44,969 bases of DNA from Macrostomum lignano (Eukaryota), in assembly GCA_002269645.1 (NCBI GenBank), contig NIVC01004462.1, positions 1 through 44,969 on the forward strand. Direction: 5' to 3'. Below are positions 22,601 to 33,600 of the stretch, piece by piece; position 1 is the stretch's first letter; every line of letters begins with the position of its first letter. The position numbers and the translations under genes are program-made. The notes below the pieces were generated by a model. That model was not told the origin of the DNA. It did no database searches and worked only from the letters and a program-made list of their open reading frames with translations.

Positions 22601-25600
22601 CCGCACGCGGCTGGTCTCCACAACTTCCCAGTTCTTGTCCTTCAGCTCGCGGCTGAGCTTGTACAGATTCCTGTACACATTGTTAGCCACGTCTTCCATC
22701 TCGGATGCTTTGAGGTTGACGAAACGGCCGCTCTTCCACCTGTTCCAGTTTTCTTCCCATTCGTCCCGCAGCATCCAAACCTTCTCCACCGACTCAAGGT
22801 CCTAAAATTATATGACGAATATACCTTTATAATTTCTGGATAAATCGGTAGCAAGATGAAATGGACTTGTGAAACAATGAATCATTCAAATATTTGTGCC
22901 CACCACACGGCCCATGCAAAATTTGAAAACACCTGTGAAGACACAAATAATAACGGTGACGGCTGAATAAAAAACTTGGTGACATTGCGAAGAAAAAATC
23001 ATGGAATCATGGTGCCAATGGACGAACTGGTGAAATCTGTCGACACCTCGATCCATTGTGAACGGAGGAAACGGCCTCTCGTATGACCTCATCCGTACTT
23101 GCTGAATCATTGACGGATCTGGCATCGGCTCGGTGTTCAAAGTGGACACCATCGATTCGAACTCCGGGTTGACCACACTTGTGGCGACAAAATCCGACGA
23201 TCGCTCGGTGTCGGCAGTCAGGCCAAGAAGCTCCGGTTCGGGCGTGACTCCCATGGGTAGATCGTTCAGCGCCTTGATGTCGCGCATCACGGCGTTGATT
23301 GGCACCATAAACGGGCTGGGCACGTGGTCGTAGTTCTTAATGACCACCTGTTCGCCCTCAATTGAGACTACAGAGTCCATACTGTGCATCGATGTTCGCC
23401 GCGACTCCGAGTGACTTCCCGTTGCTGACGGGTCCACGGTCTCGGCGTTCTCAATCACCGTTGTCAGCATGGTTCGGGTTGTCGCCGTTCTCAGACGAAA
23501 ACTCTTTATAGTTTATGGGATTTTTATACGATACAAGCACTAATAACTGTGTTATTATGCGTCAGATTTAGTTAAAAATGCCTCTAGTAGTAAGTAGCAT
23601 GATACGAACCTTCTCCAGCGCGGCAATGTCCTTGTTTGGCGGCTGCTCAATCTTGAAGATGTTGAGTCCCTTCCTCAAGTTGGCCTCCTGTTCCTTTAGC
23701 GCGGCCAGTTGCTCTTTGAACCTCGTGATGCTCGCCAGTGCCTCCTTGGTGTTCACTGCCGATGTAAACGGACCAGTTGTTGCGAACTCGTCCACCAGAC
23801 TGCTGACTGACTTCTTGAAGTCCTCGGACTGTGAAATGAGATCTGTGAAGTAAGTGTGGAATTGGTTAGAATCATTCAAAACTTTTTAAAACTTTAGTTT
23901 GAGTTTGAAAATTTGAGTTTTAACTTACTGGACTTGAACTTTTCTTTGTGCTTTCGGAGCATCTCCTCCGCGTGCACCATGGTCTCCTTAAACTGGTCCC
24001 ACTGGTGCTTCAGATTGTAGCGCACTTCCATGATGTCGTCTCCAATGGGCACTTCGTACTTCTCCAGAATCTCGAACGGCTCCTCCAGTGGGTAGATCTT
24101 CTCCTCCAGTTCTGGAGTTTCACTGTCCAGCTTCTCCCACAGCTGCAAGGCATCTCCCAGCTCGTCCAGGGTCTGCGGCGGTCGGCAAACATTCTCGCTC
24201 ATGTCCTTCAAGTACTTGTGGAATGCCATGAGGTTGTCCGACGAGATGTCCAATAGCAGCCGCGTCAAGCGGTTCTGCCACTCTTTGCAATCAGTGGTGA
24301 TTGACATCTTCAGTTGGGTGTAGTCCAGCTGCAGGAACTTGGTCGTCACCATGGCGTCGCTGTCCATCACGCTTGTCGCCACCTCCGAGTAGCGACCTAT
24401 GTCAGCGTCGAAGGATGCCACCTTCGGGTTGCCCTTCTTGTAGACTTCGAAGAACTGGTCTTTCTCTACCTCCCAGATTTCTCGGAATTTATCCCAGTAG
24501 CTAATAGCCTGAGCAACTAGACTCTGCATCTCGCTCATTCCGTTTAGAATCTGGCCCTGAATCTTGTGAATCTCCTCGTCTCCTGCGATCATGGACAGAA
24601 TGGATTGACGGTGCGACTTCTTTGCCGTCAGCTTGTCTGGCAGCCGGGGAATGTCCTCCAGATTGCGAGTCAGCTGGCCGTTCATATTCACCACGGCGTT
24701 GTTGAGGTCCGGCAGGGGCGGGTGTACACCAGCTTCGACACGCTCGAGTCGACTTCGCGTTCCAAGTCGAGCGACACGCGGAATAGTGGCATCGGCTCGT
24801 TGCGACCGTCTCCGTTGATGGCCTTACTGAGCTCCTGCAGTGACGACTTGATGTTGAGCCGGAACGCCTCTTCACATAGTCGGTCGATCTTGTCGGTGTA
24901 GCGGTACCACTGCTGCTGGACCTCGTTGCTATCTCCGGCGAAGAATTTCTGCGTTTCGCGCATCTTCTCGATCACATCTTCGTGCAGAGCCTTCAGCTTC
25001 TCCTTGACCTCCTTCTGGTGCTCGCGCTGTCGAATTTCAAACTCGTCGTTCTGGTAGACGTGATTAGAATCAATGCTGATCTGCAGAGTCTCGCTGATCT
25101 GGATGCACAGCTCCTTGATGCGCTGGTTGGAGTCCATGTACTCGTCAACCTTTCTCTGCGCTTTCAGAGCCTCCTCTCGGGTGCCTTTGATCCAGCTCTC
25201 CAGATTGTGACTGGTCCAGTTGGTTTTGGTCATGCCGACCATGAGCTTGCGGTCCACCTGCTTGATCTGCTCTTTAAACAACAGCCGCTCCTCTTGAGTG
25301 AGCTTGGCAATGACCTTGTTGTAGTCCCTGACCACCAGCATGACCCGCTCCCGGAGGTCTCTGTAGAACTTTCGCTTCTCGTACACGTCGGCAATCCAAG
25401 ACGGCGTCTCAAAGTTGAGCCGACGCCAATAGTACAACTCTTGGAAGAGTTTCAGCAGGTTCTTGTCAAAGTGGACGTTAATCATGCCGAGCTGTTCGTG
25501 ATTTTTGGCGATGACCGGCATCTGCAGGCTCTTTACCGGGTCCTGCTCAGTGACAAAGCGGGTTTGTTTTAGTATCAGATTTTCATCAAGTCACTTTAAT

Positions 25601-28600
25601 CCACCGTTCCTGCTCCAGCAGGGGTAAAACTGCTTCCAAAAGCTCAGGAATTTTGCTTCTACCTTACTATGTCATCTGACACTACCGACCAAAGTAATTC
25701 CCAAGTATTCTCATGATACCACAGCTTCATTTTAAAACACAGAATCGCAAGAATTGAGCGATGTTGTGTTTGAATAGCAGGTAGTTTGCAATCTTCCGAG
25801 TATTATAAAATCGAGTTAGTAGCAGGTTATAAAAATGCCGATATTAGCTCAAAAACTTTCCGATTAAAAACGAAACTCTGCGCTCTCGTTCAGTACAAGA
25901 GGAGCTATTAGGTAACCAAAAAATCGATTCAAAAGAGTAAAAAGGGCTTGCATGAAAACTAACAAAACAGAACGAAGGGACGACTTTGCTAGATCGATTT
26001 TGTTGGGGAAAATTCTATCACTCTTGTCAGGTAACAATTGGACTGAAAATTCTAAGCATACATAAACTTAATATAAACCTATATATAAACCTTCCGTCTA
26101 AAATTCTGATGTTAAAAGTGCTTGACTGGTTAATTAAAGGGCTCAAAGGTAGACTAGTAGAGAAAAAGTTTACGCTTTAAGTCCAGTTTCTGTACTGAAC
26201 TTTACTTACATCACCAACCAGCGCCTCAAACTAAAAGAGTTAAACAAAAAATCGAAATGCTGATTTATTAAACTCAAACGTTACTAGCAAAAGCTGTGTC
26301 TCAGGTTGCTGGAACCCTTTCTTGATCTTAGCGAAGCATGAAACTATGGAAAGCAAAATGCAGACAGGTAGTTACTTGCACATAGTTTAGCAAAAAGAAC
26401 TCCAGTGCATTGTTGTTTTGAATTTTCAGCAAAAACTTATTGTAAGATTAACAAAGCACAGCATTTCGTTTTTGGATTTTTTTAGAATCGAAGACAGTAT
26501 AAATGAGACACACAAGATGTTAAGCTTCAAACGTTTCACTTTCCAATTTTTAACTTACCGTCAGCTGCAAAGTTCAAGCGAGTCGGTGTTTTGAAATTTG
26601 AAAAAAACATAGTAACTCAAATCGATTTTTATGCATGAAATCTTTTTTAAATCTACAGGACACAAAGTCATTGGGTCCCATTCTTCCGTTCCCAATGACT
26701 CCCTGACAATGCTTGCAGATTCGGTACACATTTGTTGTACTTTTGTGTGCCAGCGGTTTGATAGCAGCATAGAGAGCAGGATTACATATCGGGATGCACA
26801 ACTGCTGCCAGTGCATGCCTAGAGCTGGATGTCAGCTTAACCCGAGATCCCCTGGGATACAATGACACATTGACACCCTTGAAACAAAGCAACACAATAC
26901 CAAAATTGATTCTCACCCGCTCAATGGTGCCCTGGAACTCGATGTGGTTCTTCCTGACGACCTCCTCGAGCGCCTGGCACAGCTGGGCGTAGGCGGCTCG
27001 AGTCTCGGCCGCATTGGAGACGGCGGGCAGGAAGTGAGCCCGGTCCAGGAAGCCCATCCCGCGCTCCATTCTGCGCTTGACGATCCGGGCCCAGTGGCCG
27101 TTGCCAGCGAAGCGCGGGTGGCCCAACGGCGGGAGGCCAGACGAAGTGTGCTGCGACATCTCGCGCTTGGCCCAGTTCATCTCTTCGTTGAACATCTTGA
27201 ACACCTGCTGGGTCTTCTTGTCGATGGCTCGCTTGATTGATTCTCTGGACTGCAGGTGGGCGAACACGTCCAGGATCTCGATGCCCTGCTCCACGGAAGT
27301 GACGATGTCGATGAAGGCCGTGTAGATGCCGTTCTGAATCATCACCTCCAGATCCTTGATGCCCGCTCGGAATCTATTGTAATCATCGTGCCAAGACGTC
27401 GCTTTTACATCCAAAATGGTGTTTTTCTTGTCCCTGAGGGTCTTGAGCAGCTTCTCGAACATGCTCTCCACCTGGAGCAGGATGGCCGAGATCTCCGGGC
27501 CGCGTGCGCCGCCAAAAATTGGCAGCTCCTTCTTGTTGCCCTCCTCGTAGCGAGCGAAGTGGCTCTGACACTCGCAGATCTCCAGCAGGTCTTTGCAGCG
27601 CTGGATGAACGCGTCCACCTGGGCAAAGATGCTGCCCTCGTCCAGGTCCCACGGGTCCTTGGAGAATCGCTGATGGATTTCTGCGGTCTGGAATGGAAAG
27701 CAACATATAATATAATTTTGGATGAAAATGGCTGTGACGGGAGATTGGCAGAATACCTGGAGTGAAAAAAATCTCACCTTAGTATAGATATCCTTCCATT
27801 TTTTGCAGCAGGTGATGCACTCGTTCAGGCTGTTTACGCTAGAAGTGATGTAGCCCTGGAAGATTTTGTCTAGCGAAATCTCGGCGCAGCATCGCCGGAT
27901 GATTTCGTTGCTGAGCTTGCGGAAGATGCCAGTCATGGACTCCTTATTATTGTAGTGGTCGGAGTTGGTCCAGATCATTCGGATGCGGTTGACCAGTTTC
28001 TGCAGCATGCCGGGGATGTCCTTCGGCTTGGCGTCGGCCAGCTCGTAGCACATGTCCTTCAGCGACGTGAGGAACTTCAAGTTGCTCTGCGCTTGAGCCG
28101 TGTTCTTCTTAATCTCGCTGGCCAGTTTGAGAAAGTTGGCCACGTAGGAAGATTTCGCGGCCTCGAGGTGGGCAGTGATCTTCTTGACGCCCGGCTTGTC
28201 CAGCTGCTTGCTGATGCCCGAGAGATCCTCGCAGCGGTTCTTCCAAAAGTTGATCTCGTCCAACGGTCCCGCCTTGTCGTCGTCATCGAAGGCATTCTGC
28301 GACCCCGTGACGTCTTTGATCTGGCGAGTCCAGTGAATTAGGATCATCTCCAGCCGCTGAATCAAGTCTTTGTCCTTTGCAGCCTCCTCCGATGTGAGGT
28401 CCATGCCCTCGATTGGGACGTACAACACAGTTTTGTCCTCCAGCTTCCACCGGGTGTCAGTCAGCGAGCTCATAAACTTGTGCAGCTGCAGCGAGAAGTC
28501 GTTTCTGATGGTGTCCGGCCAGTCTTTGTTGGCAAAGAACACCGGAGCGTAGAGCTCGTTCATGACCCGCAGCATGCAGTCGATGCCCATACCGCTAATG

Positions 28601-29223
28601 CTGCCGTACTGTATCAGATCGTTGAAATTCTCCACGGTGATCTCCTGGCCTTCCTCGATGGTGCTGGACTTCATGAAATAGAAGAATTCGGTCAGCCTCA
28701 TCGTTGGGAAGCTGGTATCAAACTGCAGACCTGCCTTGGGGTGAGCGTAGGCCACCAGGAGGTTGCTGTGGCTGCTCTGCAGGAATTCAGTCTCGATGAA
28801 GACCGCGTGCTCCTCAGTGAAGGTTTCGTCCATCAAGTAGTCTGTGAGGACAATCTTGGACTTGATGAGATCCAGCACTGTCAGTTTGGCGGCCTCTGCT
28901 TCAGCTTCCGCCGCTGCTGCTGCCGCTGCTGCGGCTGCCGCGGCCTCTTCGTTGTTCTCAGCGATCGCCACCTCACCGCCTTCTCCATCCGCAGGCTGCT
29001 CGGCGCCAGCTGCGTCAGCTGCAGCACTCGGCGTCGCTGGTGCTGCTGGCGGCGCCGCCTCACCGCCGCCAGCGCCGCTACTCGAGCGCGACTTCTCCTT
29101 TTCTGTGTCGGCTTTCTCCGTCTCTTCGGTGACATCAGCGGCCGGTTCCATGTCGACCGGCAGGTGTTTATCAGGCGCCTCTGCGCCCTCCTCTGCTATG
29201 TTTGTGTCGCCCGCTTGAGACAT
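7604..29223 (-). CDS. DNAH2: Dynein axonemal heavy chain 2 (inner-arm I1/f beta type), complete gene, 18 exons, ~4560 aa after correcting three 1-bp deletions
   Basis: Exons (genomic, read high to low): 29223-27778, 27687-26917, 25542-23929, 23842-23610, 22801-22517, 22420-21662, 21282-20432, 20274-19971, 19622-19022, 18418-18282, 17745-16118, 16014-15847, 15765-15332, 14652-14507, 14328-13110, 12592-10106, 9509-9068, 7758-7604. All junctions are GT-AG and phase-compatible. Motifs: AAA1 GPAGTGKT and [12 protein letters not shown]3 [11 protein letters not shown]4 GIGGSGRQS, stalk coiled coil, [18 protein letters not shown]. The C-terminus [14 protein letters not shown]...[16 protein letters not shown] matches the DNAH2 end as I recall it (PCYYYPNRAG...[14 protein letters not shown]). 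Confidence 0.93.
7953..9005. repeat. GGCGCC-containing minisatellite (25-bp and 31-32-bp unit variants) with ~170-bp higher-order period, in the last DNAH2 intron
   Basis: Core CTTGGCGCCATTTCTGAG. Identical ORFs 8183..8368 and 8353..8538 are offset by 170 bp. Confidence 0.95.
9640..9995. repeat. 16-bp minisatellite (AATGTCTGCCTGTCT[A/G]) in DNAH2 intron 9510-10105
   Basis: Read directly. Confidence 0.9.
12795..12970. repeat. Degenerate ~29-bp repeat (ATGAGCCTTGACGTCTCAGCAATTCC..), ~6 copies, in DNAH2 intron 12593-13109
   Basis: Read directly; copies are diverged. Confidence 0.75.
17814..18133. mobile_element. hAT-type MITE (~320 bp) in DNAH2 intron 17746-18281
   Basis: Ends TAAGGGTCGACAAACT ... 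AGTTTGCCGACCCAGCTG are inverted and resemble the hAT CAGGGGTCGGCAAACT terminus. Subterminal GCCCGCGGGCC and left flank ATCTAGAA fit the NTCTAGAN target consensus. The right TSD is degenerate. Confidence 0.6.
23099..23503 (-). CDS. Candidate extra in-frame DNAH2 exon (405 bp, 135 codons, phase 0-0) inside intron 22802-23609
   Basis: Stop-free and GC3-rich. Acceptor ATAAAG|AGT at 23504/23503; donor CAA|GTACGG at 23099/23098. Internal ATG at 23470. Confidence 0.55.
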
Positions 29224-30624
29224 TGCAGGCAAGTCAGTTGAGTTTGTGTGCTAGACTCTGCAAACAAGATTTGAAAGCATTTTTAAATTTTTTAATTTTC
29301 CTAAGCAAATATTTTTCGTCTAAGTTATGATTTTTAAAAGACATATACAAAGGCTGAAAATAATAAACACTAAAGACCTGGGTTACTACTGAAAATTCCC
29401 TGTAATTGTGTTCATCGATGTAAACATTATATTTATTGAAAGCATTGTACATGCTTCTTGAATCCACATTCAACGAATACCATTTAAGATAGTAAAATCC
29501 GAGCTACAATAATTTTTCCCAGAACTATGTATTGAGGTAATTAGCTAAAGTGTGCCTACCATGAAAATTCCGATATTTAGCAATATAAATCTACATAAAT
29601 GAATTATAAATAAAACGTAACGATATGATCAAATTAATTCATGTAATTCTCTATTAGATTCATCCTGACTCTTCCCGTAGAATGATTAGTTATTACTCAA
29701 TTATCAATAAAAATATTAGAATAGATTATATAAAAACTCTGATTAAACTACACAAAAAGAAAATTTTAAACCGAAACGTAAACACATTAAACAATGGTAA
29801 AAAACATTTGTTTAAAGAATTTTTGAAAACTAACTAGAAGTTGGTAAATGGCAAAAGACGGCAAAATTAACCTACAAAAGTTGAAACTAATATTTAGAAT
29901 TTCGAGAATAGAATTATTACAGTACACCAATAAGAACGCAACAGATACAGGTTTGCGTATTTCCAAGGTAAAGAATGTTTTAAGATTCATTCTAATCAAA
30001 GCCACTGAGTTGTCAAGGCGATATTTTTATGCTATCTTAAGAATATAAAACTTTTTTTTCATTTTAAACATGTATTTTGAAAAACAAAAGAGAACCATGT
30101 TTCGTGTGTAAAGTACCTAGACAAATAAAGCAAACCTGTTTTCTTATACTTGTCACTGAATTTGCTATACGCGCAAATTTGAAACGTAGGAAAAGTTGCA
30201 GGCAAAATTTTTATAATTAACTTTTAAACGATCGATAGTTTCAATCTGATAATCTCAACCACGCACTGATTCACTTAGTGTGACTCAGCCCTTCAGTTTC
30301 ATTTACTGATCTATCTTATAGCTTATAGTACAAAATACTTTCTATAACACATTAGACTAGAGTTTAGAGTGTAGTTGTAATAATTCTAATTTTACGCCCA
30401 AATTTGCAGGCTAACAAAGCTGTTTGACAAACTCGATTTATCAGCATACGGTTAGGACTGCAAGTTGTATTTATTCCCATCTGGTTTGGCCTTTCACTTA
30501 AACAGTTGCACCAGTAAATTGCAGTAATACAGTAGGCCTATTGTTATTGTTAGGTATAATAACAAGTACTAGGCCCTGTAGCTTAAAATATAAAACTGCT
30601 TAAAAACGAAAGTATCTGGAAACA

Positions 30625-33600
30625 ATGAAAATACAAATTGTTTCTATCATAAAACTTCTATGCCTTGTTCTTGCTTCTGATATATTTGCTCTGGAGTATA
30701 CATGTAAGTTGAAGTTTAAATATTTTGATATTTTAGTGGCTGAAATAAATTAAAGTTAAAATAATTCTTATTGTTTTGTTGTTTTAAAGCAAATTTAACT
30801 AGATTCTTGATGTAAAAGTATATTTAGCTATTGTCAAGTTCTATAATTATATTACTAATAATATACCTAATAAATGTTTGCCATTGTACACACATACTAT
30901 TAAAGTTCTAAGCCTCAATATAAAAAAGAGGAGATATGGGCAAAGTGAGACTGTGAGATGGTCCCTGGACATTTCGGTGACAAGACGTTTCGGTGACAGC
31001 CTTTTCGGTGACAATTTAGGACGTTTCGGTGACAAATTTAGACAATTCGGTGACATGTTTTAAAAATGAAAGTTAATTTTGTCTGTAAGATAATAAACTC
31101 ATGAACAAGACTTTTATACTCAGACCTCGTCATATTTTATTGTTTTGCGTTGATTTCATAACTGACTTTGTTATATCTCTACACTTAAAAAAGGGTCATC
31201 TGCATTTCTAGATAAGGTCAGTCGGCCGACGCGACACGTCAAGTCGCCTATTTTACACATTATAGCGGCATCATTTTTGCGACACTATCTGGATATATAC
31301 CTGTGTTCAAGGCAATTTGTGTAAAAAATGTACATGTAGCATATTTTCATGATCAAGTCGCCTGATCGATCTACTGTTTTGATGCAAACAAAAGTTGTGG
31401 TTGTTGTATAGTTTGTTACTCTACTATCAGGGCTATGGAAGAAGGGGCCAGGACATTCCATTGCTTTATCCCCAGCTGAACCCCGACCCCACTTTAATTT
31501 GTTGACCTGTTATATGGAAATAATGTATATACATGAAGAAATTTAGTCATGTACAATCTACATGTACAATTGTTGGCATGGTAGACCGGTAGACTGTTAA
31601 TTGGCTGTATGATTGCTGACCATATTGACCAGGAAAGTCAAAGGAAAGAGGAGGGAAAGGACGTGAGGCCACTAAGTTAATAAATTGCATAGTTCACTTT
31701 TCAGAACTTACTTTAAATGTTTATTGCTATGCTACGTAAATAGGCAATTCCAGTATTTAATCTTTCTTCATTGTTTGATCGATATTAGCACCTTTGATAG
31801 TTCAAATGTTGCAAAACAGTAAAGCTCGTTAAGTGAACCAATTGGGCTTAGTGAATTGAATTTCGATATCTACATGTATTTAATTACTAACAATGCTAAT
31901 TCTAGAATGGCAACAAGCAACAATGATTTGGTTGCACGTTAATTGCTACCGTGATAAAGCAAAATCATTGCTAGCAGAGAAGCATTGCTTGTACGGTGAT
32001 ATAATGTTTGCTTTTGCCACGACACTAGGGTTAGCAAAGTACATGTAGAACAACGGCCATTGCGTATGAAATATGAATGGGCCCCCCCATGAATTTAAAG
32101 ACTCGGTATCCGAGAGGCGCTACGACTATATACATGTAACTTCTACCAAACTCGAGCGATAGTTCTTCGAATTCTAGACGCATGCATAATTCACGGCTCT
32201 GCTGGTTCTAACCTTTAATCAGTCAAAATTTTAGTTATTTAATGGACGCGATTACTGCCCAAAATGCAACAAAAAGCTCTTCTGCACTTATTTTAGCGCC
32301 GCGTCTGCACTTATTTTAGCGCCGCATCTGCACTTATTTTAGCGCCGCATCTGCACTTATTTTAGCGCCGCATCTGCACTTATTTTAGCGCCGCATCTGC
32401 ACTTATTTTAGCGCAGTAGCTGCACTTATTTCAGTGCCGCAGGCAATTTTGGTGCCGCAGGCGCTATTTTTTGCCGCCGTAAAACATGCACATTATTGAT
32501 TTCCGTATATAACAGGTCAACAAATCAACAAACTTGACGTGTCGTGTCGGCCGACCATCAGTGTCACAATCACGTAGCAGAATAGGACACGTTTTTTTCG
32601 GCTTCAGAAGCAGTCAATACATGTTTTGTGTACGAAAATGTATTCAGCCCGGCCGACTGACCTTTTCTAGAAATGCAGATTACCTTTTTATTCAAGTGTA
32701 GAGATATAACAAAGTCTGTTACAAAGTCAACGCAAAACGATAATATATGACGAGTTCTGAGTATTAAAGTCTTGTTCATGAGTTTATTATCTTACAGACA
32801 AAATTAACTTTCACTTTTAAAACATGTCACCAAATTGTCTAAATTTGTCACCGAAAAGGCTATCACCAAAACGTCTTGTCACCGAAATGTCCAGGGACCT
32901 GTGAGATCAGGTTTTTCTCAACATAGTCTCCCCCAACCAAGATGCACTTATGGCATCTTGATTGCAGCGCCTCAATATTACTCTTGGAAGAATTGCACCA
33001 AGCAGCTCTCAAACCAAGCAATTGCAGCATCCTTCAGCATATCATTAGTGTTAAATCGCTGTCCACAGAGTGCCCACTTAAGATATAGAAATAGGTGGAA
33101 GTCGCTTGAGGCCAGGTCTGGTGAATAGGCTGTGTGTAGCAGCTCTCAGAACCCTGTGACACTGACAGCAGCCTTGGCAATCCTGCTGGTGTGGGCTGGT
33201 GCATTGTCGTGCAGCAGCACAACACCTCGGCTCAGCATCCCTTGCCTATTTTCCTTGATTGCCTCGCATAGATGGGCGATTAGGTCAGCGTAATAGGCGC
33301 CTGTGACTGTGACTATCTGCTTGTGCGGTAGAAAGTCCAGCAGCAGCGGGCCCTTGGCATCCCAGAAGACGGTCAGCATAATCTTGCCCGCACTGCATGC
33401 AGTCTGTGCCTTCAGTGGTGCAGGTGAACCAACTGGCAGCCACTGCTTAGACTTGGGATCGTGGTGATAGATCCATATCTCATCCCTGGTCACGCAGCAA
33501 GACAGAAAATTGGCAGGGTCCAGATCATAGGAGTCTAGGACAAGCTTTGAGTACTGCACCCATGCAGTCTTTTGGTCCCTTGTCAAGATTTGTGGGATCC

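Noticed and set aside
26561-26850. Cys/His-containing short ORFs in DNAH2 intron 25543-26916
   Set aside because: No phase-compatible splice sites found and no recognisable motif; the flanking exons join without a gap.
10085-29241. Numerous + strand ORFs over DNAH2 exons
   Set aside because: Antisense shadows of GC3-rich coding sequence, with no independent motifs or splice structure.
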